Positions 1 to 11,866 of a stretch of DNA of 64,000 bases are shown one piece after another (the first letter of the stretch is position 1; the number at the start of each line of letters is the position of its first letter). The notes below the pieces were generated by a model. That model searched no databases. It saw only the letters and a list, made by a program, of their open reading frames with translations, and was not told where the DNA came from. The translations under genes were made by a program, and so were the position numbers. Source of the DNA: Tricharina praecox (taxonomy: Eukaryota); the NCBI RefSeq assembly GCF_024521635.1, contig NW_026250407.1, forward strand, positions 1,426,001-1,490,000, written 5' to 3'.

Positions 1-571
1 TAGAACTTGGCGGCGCCGCGGGGATCTCGTAGTCGCTGTCGTCGGTGCGCTGCAGCCACACGCCCTCGCGGCGGTGATCGCGGCGCCGCCGTTTCCGCCT
101 GTTCCTGCGAGCGGCGGGGGGCGGCGGCGGCGGCGTCGCTGCCCGCCTGTAGGATAGCGCTCGCTGCGGCACCCCCGTGCGTGCCCCGAACGAGCCCCCC
201 ACACCACCTCCTCCGCGCTTCTTCTTCGTCGGCGTGTCGTCGAGGTCGTCGTCGTCGTCAGAACTGCTGTCGCTCTCCTCCGTCGAAGAGTTCCAGTCGT
301 CGTCCCACGAGTCTTCGGCCTCCACCTCGTCGTCCTGGTTGCTGGGATCGACCTCGCCGGGCGCCGCGGGACGCCATGCCCCCAGTACGCCTGAGCGGCT
401 GAAGGTGCTGGCCGAGGAGGCGGAGGACAACGTGCGGCTGGGGATAGAAGCGGGGGGCGGTGGACGTGGCGGCGTGTATGTCCAGTCGTTCCGGACCTGG
501 GCGAGCTGCTCCTTCACCAGGCGGATTGCGTCGGCTTTTTGCTGCCGTGTGAGGGTTTCGGAGGTGGACAT
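1..571 (-). CDS. Hypothetical protein, N-terminal part only (runs off the window start); possibly a fungal DUF4050/Gag1-like clamp family member
   Basis: ATG at 571 in an ACC-ATG context after a pyrimidine-rich leader. I translated it stop-free to position 2: MSTSETLTRQQKADAIRLVKEQLAQVRNDWTYTPP...EDSWDDDWNSSTEESDSSSDDDD...DYEIPAAPPSS. It is missing from the ORF track because there is no stop in the window. The family guess rests only on the 'VRNDW' motif. Confidence 0.65.
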   Translation of the reverse strand, partial: MSTSETLTRQQKADAIRLVKEQLAQVRNDWTYTPPRPPPPASIPSRTLSSASSASTFSRSGVLGAWRPAAPGEVDPSNQDDEVEAEDSWDDDWNSSTEESDSSSDDDDDLDDTPTKKKRGGGGVGGSFGARTGVPQRALSYRRAATPPPPPPAARRNRRKRRRRDHRREGVWLQRTDDSDYEIPAAPPSS

Positions 572-1675
572 GGTGGAGGTTGTGGGGGTGCGTGTGCGGT
601 GTCGTATGCGTGTGCGTGAGCGGGTGTCGTGTGTATGTGGGCGGGGGGAGAGGTGAGGAGAGGAGAGGACGGGAGGACGGGAGAGAGGACAAGACAAGGC
701 GGAAGGAAGGAAGAGGGAGGTGTCAGGTAGAAGGGTCTGGGGAAGGGTTCATTCAGGGAGAGTAAGTAAAAGAGAGTGGAGTGAGCGGGGGAGTGGGAGT
801 GCGAGCTTGAAAGGGTAGTTGGGCTGTCACTTGATCGTGGCTGGGTGGGATGAATGGCCAGGTCACCGGCCACCGCCACCTTATCCGTCCGATAGATACT
901 CTACGCTAGTCCAGGTTGAGAAAAAACGTTCCGGAGCCGCAGGTCCGCGTCATGTCGCAAACTCACCCCGCAAGTTGCAACTCAAACACCATGGTCCAGC
1001 GACCAGCCATTTGGATTCCCGATCTCGCCCACGGCCTATGCAAATGAGCACCCACCGTTTTCTTCCCCGCAATTGAAATCAAATTAAATCACAGATCTTG
1101 GAACATCATCAACGTCAACAACAATTGATCTGAACAGATCCGATTCACCTACACGCTTCCTCCCTACCTATCCTATCCTTCCAAGTTCCCTCCTTCGTTC
1201 CCCATAACTATCACACTAATACAAAAAGCATGTATCCAATAATTGATCCTCCCTCATTGTACATATTGTACAAGACTTACATGTAAGGTAAAGTAAAGGT
1301 AAAGTAAAGGTATCATAAACGTCCTCCCGACAACCACAACAACGACAACAACGACACCACAAGACAAAAAATCTGAATGGGAATGAGAGAAGAGTACGAA
1401 TACAATAGAACCAAATGTGATTTCCAAACCAGAAAACAGTTCTCGAGAGAGACAGCGTGGGGGGTGGGTGGAAAGAAAAAATACACAACCAACCAAATCA
1501 AAACTCCGTAAAAAAAAAAGAACGCTGGCTTTTCAATGAGAAGAGAAAGCAAAGCAAAGCACCAGAACCAGGGAGAGAGAGAGAGAACCCGAAACATTAG
1601 GAGGAGAAGGAAGCCAACCAACCACCTATACACACTATGCTGCATGAAAAATAAACCACAAAACGAACATCTAAC

Positions 1676-3953
1676 TTAAGCTCCGACCTCAACCTCGCCA
1701 TTTCCCTTGCCATCCTTCGACTCGGTATGACTCCAAGTTTCCACCTTGGCCCATTCTCCGACCTTCCCGATGCCTCTCTTAGAAGGAGGCAATTCGCCCC
1801 ACCGACGGACCCACTCTCTCTCATCGAGGCGTCGCTTCTTGCTGCCACCACCACGGCTCTCGGCAGCGCCGGCTTCCGCCCATTGCATGTCCCAGATGGA
1901 ATAGGACATGCCATCGTGGATTGTCTTCCAGCTTCTGCTCTTGAGTGCATAGCGTACCGAACCCGAGTACCGCTCCAAGGTAGGAAGGATCAACAGGTTG
2001 ACCAGCAGGTCCTTTCCAGCGGGAATCTCGGCGACATCCCTCTCTTTCTCCTTCTCCTTCTCTTCAGCCTTCTTGGCGGCAGTTCCGTTGGCCTTCCACT
2101 TGCCAGAGGATGAGTTGGTCGGAGACGAAGGACCAGAAGCCGATAGGGCCCCCTTGATGACAACCTTCCTGCCGCTCTCCTTCACGAGAGCTGGGTCCAC
2201 GTCCTCTGGAAGCCAGCCTGGAATTCTGCCGGTGTGGATCAATACCGCAACGATGTCCGAATCATCCGAGTAGATCTCGGTGCCCCACACGCATCTCCTC
2301 CTGCAAACGTCGCGACGGTGCGAATCGCTCAGGAATCTCTTGGGAATCCTGATTTGAAAGATCGAGTTCTCGCGGCCTTCGAAGCGGGGGAGTAGAGGAT
2401 GTGTTACCGAGTAGCCTTCCTTCGGAGTATGCGTGGGAAGGTAGACCATGGAACCCAAGTAGTTCCGGGGCTTCGAAGTGAGGGAGGCCAGCACCTTTGA
2501 AGAATCGATGAGTAGGGTGGTAGTGACTTTGGACAGTGGGGTCTGCTGCTGCGCCGCAGTCATGGCCGGGTGGTGGTGATGAATGTGGTGGTGGTGCGCG
2601 TGCAGCGGGGACTTGGATCGCACGGAAACAGGAGCCTTCGGTGCGTCGAGGCTGTGAGATGGTTGCTCGTCATGGTGATGGTGATAGTGAGTCGGATGAC
2701 TAAACGAGGTCAGCTCAGGGTCCAAAAGCTTCCGCACGAGTGCCGGATTCCGGGGAGTCGAGAGCACAAACTGGTGGGGGTGTTGATGGTGGTGGTGGTG
2801 GCGCTTCTTCTTTTCCGTCTTCGACGTCGAGCTCTCATCATCTTCCCTATCTCTCTTCATGCCCATGCCCATGCCACTCGCTCTATCCATCTCCTTTGGC
2901 AGATCGCCCCAGTCTCGTACGATCGTGGTGGCCTCCATGCCCAAGCCAGCACTGCGTCTGGGCGGGCTGTGGTATGTCAGAGCCGAGTCGGTAAGCCTCA
3001 TGATTCCGTTCTTGTCCCTAACGATTCCATCCCGATCCTTGCCGATGTTCCGCTTCTTCTCGTCCTCCATGAGACTCGACAAGCTCCGCCCCAACCCGCG
3101 TGACAACGCATCCTCCGCTCGAAGAGGTTCATCTCTTCCACCTAGCGACGTCTCTCGCGAAGGCTTGAATCGCTGTGGTCGTGCATCTCTGTCGCGGGCG
3201 TCCTCACCAACAGCAGGCAAAGGCATGTTGGTGTTGGTGATCGAGAAAGGGCTGGGCGGCATCGACACGGTATACCCAGAGAACGGCTGGAAGTTTTCCC
3301 GGTGACCAGAGGATGAGGCCGCCATCTGTGAGTGGCCGAAGTTCTGTCCTTGTCCGGGTCCAGAGTTCGGGGGAAGGGACATGGCCGTTGGGGTTGAGAT
3401 GGATCCCGCTGGCGGTCCTGTCGACTGAGGAACCCCGTTCTGACCGCCCTGGTATCTGGACGTGATCGTCATTCCGTACGGGGGATGGGAGCTGGATGTC
3501 GGAGGGTTCTGCATTTCCATCCGCTCCGAGCCGAATAGTGACCCGGAATACTGAGGCCCGAATCGCTCCCTCTCGTTGAAACGTTCCCGTACCCTTTCCC
3601 GCTCACGCTGTTGCTGTTCTCTCTCACGTACCTGTCGTTCCCTCTCCCTCTCTCTCTCCCTTTCCCTCTCTCGCTCCCTTTCTCGTTCTTGCTCTCGCTC
3701 CTGCTGCTCCCGTTCGCGTTGTTCCCTCTCGCGCAGCTCTTGTTCCGCTAATTGTCGCTCCCTAGCCTCCCTTTCACGTGCGATCCGATCCCGTTGCTCG
3801 CGTTCCATTTCCCTCTCCCTCCTCACTCTTTCCCTCTCCCTCTCCCTCTCCATCTCCTTCTCAAAGTGTCGTTCCCGCTCCAACTGCCTTTCCCTCTCAC
3901 CGTACAACATATCCCGTTCGGAGTAACTGCCAGACCGGAAGTGTCTTTGTTGC

Positions 3954-3985
<32 letters not shown>

Positions 3986-6511
3986 CTGCTGCTGCTGGCC
4001 ATCATCGCGCATTCCAGGTAGACTGTGAGGCTGTGATTGTGGCCGCGGGGGAGGAGGCGGCGGTGGCTGTGTATGCGCGCGCTGCTGCTCGTACATCGAT
4101 CTGCCATACTGCGGGTCACGGTCAAGGGATTGCGTCGAGTGATGCTGCAACTGGTGATGCGCTCTGTATACTTGTTCGGGAGGAGTAATGCGGTTCGGTT
4201 TGGGGCCACCCAACGGCGGCATCGACGTACTACTACCACTAGGACTCGCCGAACTGCTTCCAACATCCCTCGCGCGGTCGATCGTCGCGAATTCCGGCGT
4301 AAACGGCGCCTTCAAGGGCGACAAGTCAGGCTGCGTATTCCTGGATGTGGTCGGCGGAGGAAGCGTTCCGCCGTCGAGCATGGCAGAAATTGACATCGAG
4401 GTAGTCCGAGGCGGTGGAAGTTCTCGCGCAGGCGCGGGACCAAGTCCTTGGCTGTAGCCAGAAGACTGAGGTCCGGGCGACGGGTGTTGGTGGTGCATCT
4501 GGGATAGTGGAGGGGGTGGGGGCGGAGGCGCGCGTAAGGGTTGAGAATGCGACAGCGATGACGCGCGATGGGGAGAGCTGGGAGGAGGCATGCGCATGTG
4601 CTGCTGCTGTTGCTGATGGTGGTGATGAAGCTGTTGCTGTTGATGCGCGAGAGCCTGCGATGACGATTGTTGCTGTTGCGCAGGGTGTTGTTGTTGTGGT
4701 TGTTGTGGTTGTGGTGGTGGTGGTAGTGGGGGGTGCTGTTGAGGCTGTGACATGATGGGATCTTGCGGACCTGCAGCGCGTGAGTTTTGGGTTAGTCTTT
4801 GGAGTTAATTCTTCAGCGATCGCTTGTGATTTTTGAGTGGGTTTAGCGTAGGACAGGGGGGGGTGTTGAAAGCAAGCAAGGTTGTGAGGGGAACAGAGAA
4901 GTAACTCCGGACTTCTAGATCCTAGGTAGCGGAGAAGGGAGTAAGTGGAGTAAGGCAACGGTATCATCGGGTAGAGTAAATAAAAGCCGTTATGGGGTAA
5001 AGAGGAAAAAAGATTTGAATACACGCAAGCGCAACTTCGAAACGGAGTCGGCCACCTCCCCCCCGGCCAGCCGAACATCATCTGCCTGACGCACGGGGAC
5101 ATGCTATCAGACACACACCCACACAACCAGGCAGGCAGACAGGCAACAGGCAACAGACCTGCAACATCACTAGGTAGAAGGAAGGAGGAAAGAAGAGGGC
5201 ATGGGGGTGAAAGCAACAAATGACAATAACAACAATAACGCCGGCAACAATAATAGTGCGAGCGGGGCGGACGTACCTCGGGCGATGTGAGGCGAGTTAT
5301 GGTAGGATGGAGTGCGGCGGTGGCCGTGGTTTTCGGGCGTCGCTGTCCGAGGAGGGAGGAATACGGGGGAACCGCGGTTCGACGCCGGATTGATGGCGCC
5401 GTTAGGTGGCAGCGATTCTGCACAAGAGATAAAAGTTCAGCGCACACTCTCGCAGACGGACACAGACATCCGTTCCCGATGAACAGCCAGCCAATGAACA
5501 AAAACGCGCAAGTAGGCAAGCCATGAGTGAATGGGGAATTCGGTATCTGGCGAAGCAAGCAGACAGGCAAGAACAAAGTTGCACACTAGGAACACAGCAT
5601 GATGGATGTAGAGGAAACGTAAACGGGATTTCTCGGCTGAGGCTAAAACTGGGTTCACGTGGCGCACCGAATTATGAATTACGGTTCGCACCCCCGCATG
5701 ACGGACGGACATAGCCCCTCAAACAAATATCTCCGAATCTCTCTCGTGTCCTGTGTGTCCGTCTTGCGCTTGCCTGCCTTGCTTGTGTTCACCAGATGGG
5801 TGGGTAGAGTGGTGGTTGGACTGCAGAAGGGAAACGATGGAGAAAGGACTAACCATGTCGCGACGGAGTCTGCTGTTGCTGCTGTTGTTGTTGCTGTTGT
5901 TGTTGCTGTTGTTGTTGTTGCTGCTGCTGTTGGTGATGCTGCTGCTGTTGTTGGTGGTGTTGTTGTTGTTGCTGATGTAGTGATAGGGGCGAAGGACCGT
6001 GACGGTATCCGGGGCCGGGCCCGTTCATCCTTTCCATTTCGGGTGACCTCGACGGCTCGCCGTATCGTTGCGACGGGGGCATTCCGGTATGCAGCGGAGG
6101 CGGAGGCGGTGGAGGAGGAGGATGCGACGAGGCGGGAGGCTGGCCGTGCGATGGATGCGTTGCGTGTGGACTCCCATAGTAGCCGTCAGTAGGAGTATTT
6201 CGGCCATTCATCTTGAGACGTTTCGGGGCACTCGACGACGCGGAAAAGGGACGATCACGGTCGATCTCGGGAAGGGGTTGTTGGGAAGGCGAGTGCTGCA
6301 CGCGATTTGCGGCAGGGTATGGATGGTGGTGATGGGGTGACTGTTGAGAGGGATGAGAGAGGTTTGGGGGGGTGTTGTGGTGGAGGATGTGTTGGGACGG
6401 AGAGAACAGGGACGGCGGCGGAGGCGGCGGCGGTGGTGCGGGAGAAGGGTTATGAGCGTGTGATGGACGCGGTGCAGGTGGAGCGAGATGTGGATGACGA
6501 AGGTGATCCAT
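1676..6511 (-). CDS. RXT3: Rxt3 histone deacetylation protein (Rpd3L/Sin3 complex subunit) with a very long Q/P/H-rich and E/R-rich N-terminus. Exons 6511-5854, 5417-5277, 4770-2772, 2699-1676
   Basis: C-terminal Rxt3 signature 'VWGTEIYSDDSDIVAVLIHTG...LLILPTLERYSGSVRYALKSRSW...HDGMSY'. Donors GTTAGT (5853), GTACGT (5276) and GTTTGT (2771), with acceptors CAG/CAG/TAG, join all exons in frame. Confidence 0.85.
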
Positions 6512-7144
6512 TGTGTTAGTTTAGTGCCTGGGGGGTGGGAGGGGAGGGGGGGTGGTGGTAGGTTCGGTCAAGAGAAATAATAGATAGGCACAACGGGTCA
6601 GACAAGGAACCTAAACACCCGCGACTTTTTTTTTTTTAGGTGGCCGTGGTTCACACACAAGATGGGACGGGCCGGGCGGAGACGTTTACGACGCGACGCA
6701 GGGTTTCGAGGGAAGGCGGAGGGTGAGGAGGATGGGGAGAGGATGGGGATGCGGAGGAAGCGGAGGAGGAGGCGGTAGATGAGTGATGAGTGGGAGGAGC
6801 GGTGAGGAAAGGGAGGGAGAAGGCCAAGGGAGAAAGGGAAGAATAATAATAATAACAGCTGCAGGAAGCAGAGGCGGCGGCGGCAGAAGCAGCAGCACAG
6901 CAGCAGCAAGACGGAGGGCAGCGATCTCAACTGGGGACTGGCATGGAATAATGAGAAACACCGGTATTCGACGCACAGACAGCACCCAGTCGATGCCCAG
7001 CAGCCGCAGTACTGCAGCAGCGGCGGCAGCAGCAGCAGCAAGCACGAAGGCGACTGACCGAGTTGACTTGCCTCCCGAACAACAGAATGGCCGGTACGGA
7101 AGGGTGCGGTGGGAACTTATGGGCGGGCGTCAGCGTCAGTGGGC

Positions 7145-7275
7145 TGGTTGGCTCGTCTAGCTGGCTCGTCTGGGGGCTGGCTCGTCGGTCTGGCTGACTG
7201 GCTCGTCTGGCTGATTCGTCTCGAGGGACGGCTCGTCTGGAATGTGGGTGAATGGCTCGTCCGGGCTGGCTGGCT
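7145..7275. repeat. Cluster of six GGCTCGTC motifs
   Basis: GGCTCGTC at about 7150, 7163, 7179, 7200, 7230 and 7254, plus one variant, with irregular spacing. Confidence 0.7.
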
Positions 7276-8829
7276 GTCACGGCCTTGGGGGACGTTCAGA
7301 AGGATAGACCTGCCGCTTGGATGTGGGGAGGGAGGCAAGAGGGGCAAGGTAAGGCAAGTCATAAAGTGCGGTAAGAACTTAGATGGTCGCTACGCCGAGT
7401 TCCTGGCGTCAGTTGTGCTGTGTGGCGGTGGTTCGTGCAGCCTCTGCAACAGGTATAGGTATTAGCAAGTGCACGACCACCACTTTGCACGAATAATCCC
7501 ATGTCGAGTGGAAACATGAGGCTGCGTATACGCACGGGGGGAGGGAGGCATTAATGCGTGGTGATAGTGATGGATGGATGTGGGTGCCGTATGAGGTATG
7601 AGGTCTGGAGACGGGACTTGGGGGCTTGGGGGGTGGCCGGGAGGGACGGGGAGGGACGGAGTGGACGGAGTCAACGGAGAGGCAATATCTGTCGGTGCTT
7701 GCGGGGAGGGGGGCGGGCATGCAGGCAAGGTAGGCAGATGGACGGACGGACGGACTGGCCGAGCGAGCAGGAGGCAGGAGATGGGCCGGCAAGGAGACGA
7801 CTACACACGACGACGATGATCACGAACAGCAGCAGCAACGATGACCACTACGACATACGACGATGGGCACCCCAACGGTCGTATTCGATTGGATTCGCTT
7901 TTCTCGTCCGCGCGAGGTCTGGATTGGCCTGACGCCGCCCTTCGATCATTTCTCCTCACTTCTCCGCACTCCCCACTCCGCACTCCCCTCCAACCGTAGT
8001 TCTCCATCGAACCACCACCATCATCACCAACCCGTAGTCCCATAACCATCACAGCTACTAGTACTCTGGCATCACCACCCACATCGCGGTAACTGGATGC
8101 GGAGGTGCACTCACCCCCGTAGCCACCACCTCCTCTTCTCAACCGCCACCCCATCCTTCTGCTTCTGTTTCTGCCCATCGTCATCCTCCTCATGTTTGTC
8201 CTCCACACAACAACAATAATCAATCAATCCCACAGCAGCCACCGCAGCAGCATAACATTTCGCCAAATCCCCACCCACCCCATCATCGTACAGCCCATCC
8301 ACCCATCCATCCATCACCTTTATTTGCCCTGTGAATCCGTCTTCCCTGTCTGTGCAGCATCTTAAGATTCCCTGTCAACCAACCCACCCTTCCCCTTCCC
8401 TCAGACAGAAGTTCCGAGCGAACCACTCAGAACCCCACATCGCTGTCGTCCCCTCCCTCTACCGGCATATTCCACCGACATCATCTCGCCAGTCAGCCAA
8501 ACACGCGGAAAAAGGAAAAGAAGGGAAGAAAAAAAAGAAGGTTGCTGTTTCCGATTTGTGGTTGTGATGTTTTCCTCGGCCAGATACGGCCCTGAAGGAG
8601 GAAGCAGAGAAGAAGATGACGAAGAAACAAGCAAGCAGGGAGCAACCGACGTTGGACTCATCTATCCACTCTACATATCAATCAAACAACACTCTGCTCC
8701 ACCACCTCGTCCCCCCCAACTGCTGCATGCGGCCGGAAAACCTCCACACGCAAGTTGCAATGCAAAACCAGCACAGCCCGCCGCCAAACCCAAGAAAAAG
8801 AGGAGAAATCCTCCTATGTATCATATGTA

Positions 8830-9012
8830 CACGGGTGTAAGGGTAAGTGCTGCCTCACCAGTTTTTCCCCCATACAGCTTAGTGTTTTTCTCCATACAAC
8901 GTAGTCACAGCCACTCACTCATTTGACTGTATTTGGCTTAGTGTGCTCCTTTTATAGACTAGTGCTCATAATTCGTAATGGTGGTGAGGCACCACTTATC
9001 GGCAGCTCCTGG
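8830..9012 (+). mobile_element. MITE family A, copy 1 (Tc1/mariner-type, TA-flanked)
   Basis: TA on both sides. Subterminal inverted repeat TAAGTGCTGCCTCACCA / TGGTGAGGCACCACTTA (16/17 match), each 14 nt from its end. A second, inverted copy lies at 40953-41098. Confidence 0.8.
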
Positions 9013-9445
9013 TACCAACAATCCGACCACAGCAAAGCAGGCAGCCATCACCCGCCTGCCTTTTCTCCACCAGCTGCTAATCGGATCAAGATCGTCGTTG
9101 TGCGACCGAGAGGCGAGACCTCCACCCACACACCCCTCCCCCCTCCCTTCCACCTTCCCAATCCCTGTCTTCCGTGCCCTTATCGCACATCGCTCCATGT
9201 GAGAACTCGGAACCTTCCTACCCCATCACAAGCCCCCCCAAAAAAGCCCAATCCTGAAGCCCCCCCAACGAATAGCTCGTTAGTCAACCCTCCGTCTGCC
9301 GTTCGTACCCGTTGCAACTGCTGCCCAGCCTTCCCCCCCAGCAGCTACGGTACTCCAAAGTAAAACCTACATCTTCTGCTGTCGGCTCTGTCGCCCCTCC
9401 CCCCCCCCCACCCCTCTTACTTCTCCGTTCATCTCTTCTCCTTCT

Positions 9446-11078
9446 ATGGAGACACCACCCGATTCTGCCTCGGTTGCACACAGCTTCTCGGGCTCGAGAT
9501 CTAGAACTGCTCGCTCCCCGCTCTCGCTGCCCGTACCCGGTGCTGCGTCGTCGTCACTCGCCCTGTTCAAGGCTCGGCTACGCGCCGCTTTCGCTGGCGC
9601 GAACCCCAGAGTTTGTCTCGCGTTCTGGCTGTTTGGTGAGCCGCCGCGAAGCTCCTCCTCGTCCCGCTGATCTCGCTCGCTCGCTCGCGAAGCTTCCTCG
9701 ACGACGGCCAGAAAGCTAGCTGGCTGGGCGAGCGAGTATGCTCGTCTCCCAGATAGATAAAAATACAACCATAGACCAAAAAAACAAACAGCTAACCCAA
9801 AAGGCTTGATCAACAATGTGCTCTACGTCATCATCCTCTCGGCGGCGCTCGACCTTGTCGGCCCGCTGCTGCCGAAAGCAATCGTGCTCCTGGCCGACGT
9901 CGTCCCGTCGCTGTTCATGAAGCTGATCGCGCCGTACTTCATCCACCTCGTGCCGTACCGGATCCGCATCCTGGCGCTCGTCGCCATCTCCTTCGTGGGC
10001 ATGCAGATGGTCGCGTGGCAGCCGACGCTTCCTGGACGCCTCTTCGGCGTTATCCTGGCTTCAGTCTCGTCCGGCCTGGGAGAACTGTCGTTTCTGGGCA
10101 TGACACATTACTATGGCGAGTTCGCGGTGCCGTTCTGGGGGAGTGGGACGGGCGCCGCGGGGTTGCTCGGCGCGGGCATGTACGTGTGTGCGACTAGTTG
10201 GATGGGATTGTCGGTCAAGGCTAGTATCATGACCTTTGGGTTCCTGCCGATCGTGATGCTCGTGGCCTTCTTTGTCGTGTTGCCGCAGGGCCCGCTGGTG
10301 GGGAAGCTCGGTGGGTACGAGCCGATCAGTGAGCTCGACCGTGACGCGACTGAGGCCGAGAACGAGAACGAGGAGGAGGGGAGCCTCTTGACCTCGTCGA
10401 TGCATTCCGCCGGCAGCCGCGCGTTTGCGGCACACAGCGCACATAAGGGCGATTTCTTTCACGAACTGGCCATCAAACTGAGAAGGACGGGCAAGCTCTT
10501 CTTTCCCTAGTACGGTCTGTCCGCTCCCTTCAGGCAATTGCGGAAACTGACGGTGTACGTACCTACACAGCATGCTTCCTCTCCTCCTCGTCTACATTGC
10601 CGAATACACCATCAACCAGGGCGTCGCCCCCACGCTCCTCTACCCGCTCGAGGACATGCCCTTCGCGAACTACCGCGACGCCTACCCAATGTACGGCACG
10701 GTGTACCAAATCGGCGTGTTCATCTCTCGCAGCTCCACGCCGTTCATCCGAGTGCACCACCTATACCTGCCGAGCATCTTGCAGATCGTGAACCTCGCGC
10801 TCCTCACCGCGCACGCAATGTTCAACTTCATCCCCAGCATATGGATCATCTTTGCCATCATCTTCTGGGAGGGCATACTGGGCGGGCTCGTGTATGTCAA
10901 CACGTTCGCAGAGATCACGGACCAGTACCAGGGAGAGGAGAGGGAGTTCAGTCTCGGGGCTACGACGGTCTCGGATTCCGCCGGCATCTGTATAGCGGGT
11001 CTCATTGCCCTCGCGCTGGAACCCGCCCTGTGTACTTGGCAGGTAAACAGGGGGAGGGAGTTCTGTAGGTTGACTTAG
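9446..11078 (+). CDS. BTN1: Btn1/CLN3 (battenin) family vacuolar membrane protein. Exons 9446-9635, 9804-10509, 10571-11078
   Basis: Motifs '[25 protein letters not shown]', '[10 protein letters not shown]', 'WGSGTGAAG', '[18 protein letters not shown]', '[11 protein letters not shown]' and '[11 protein letters not shown]'. Introns GTGAGC..AAG and GTACGG..CAG restore the frame. Confidence 0.95.
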
Positions 11079-11866
11079 TGAGGTAGAATAATGCCATTAC
11101 CGTACCGTATGTAGAGTACTCGTGCATGCAAACGCGGACTTGACATCCGGCTCCTTCTTCGTTGTGGCGTCTCCTGCGCCTGAGGTTTACATTACATTAC
11201 ATACATTGCGAAATCATACATGCTTGGAAATGCCAGGCTTATTATGTAGAGTATGCGGCCTGGCGATCACCGCCATTGATGTGTCTTGTCATGTCTTTCT
11301 TGTCTTGTCTTTCTCGCCACAACGGTCCGTGCACACACACATACATTCCGAGTGACAGTGCAGGAATCGGTATCTACGGTATCTATGCAACAGAAATGTC
11401 CGTGCCGTGGGGGTCATAGTAGTAGAGCACTTCATTACATGTCACGTGCGGCGGTTGTGCAGACAGGCGTGAGGGGAAAGTGCATTCCGCAAGCAAAGTG
11501 CGTTTCCTGTTTGGCTGCATGGCGGCACTTTTTGGAGCGCGGTCAAGGCGAGTCGACAGGCGAGCTGAGGATCGGCTTCCCTTTGCTGCGAGGCCAGCAT
11601 GGCGTGATTTCCTGTGGTTGTGTAGTTGTGTGGGTGGGTGCTCACTTTCGCTAGCGTCACTTTTAGGCTAGGGCACAACCCCGGCTGTGGGCATGGCAGT
11701 CAGCCAAGCGAGCAGCGACGAATTCGCCCACGCAAAAAAAAATCCACAATCGCAATACGAGTAAAGTAACATCGCCAACTAACCATACCAGCCAGCAGCA
11801 GCCCCGCCCCACGCCCCCCGCCCCCCCGCCAACACCAAAACCCCGACAATCATCCCAGTCGACAAA

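Noticed and set aside
8560..8630. Box C/D snoRNA (GTGATGT...CTGA)
   Set aside because: Box C is imperfect, there is no terminal stem, and I recognise no rRNA-complementary guide.
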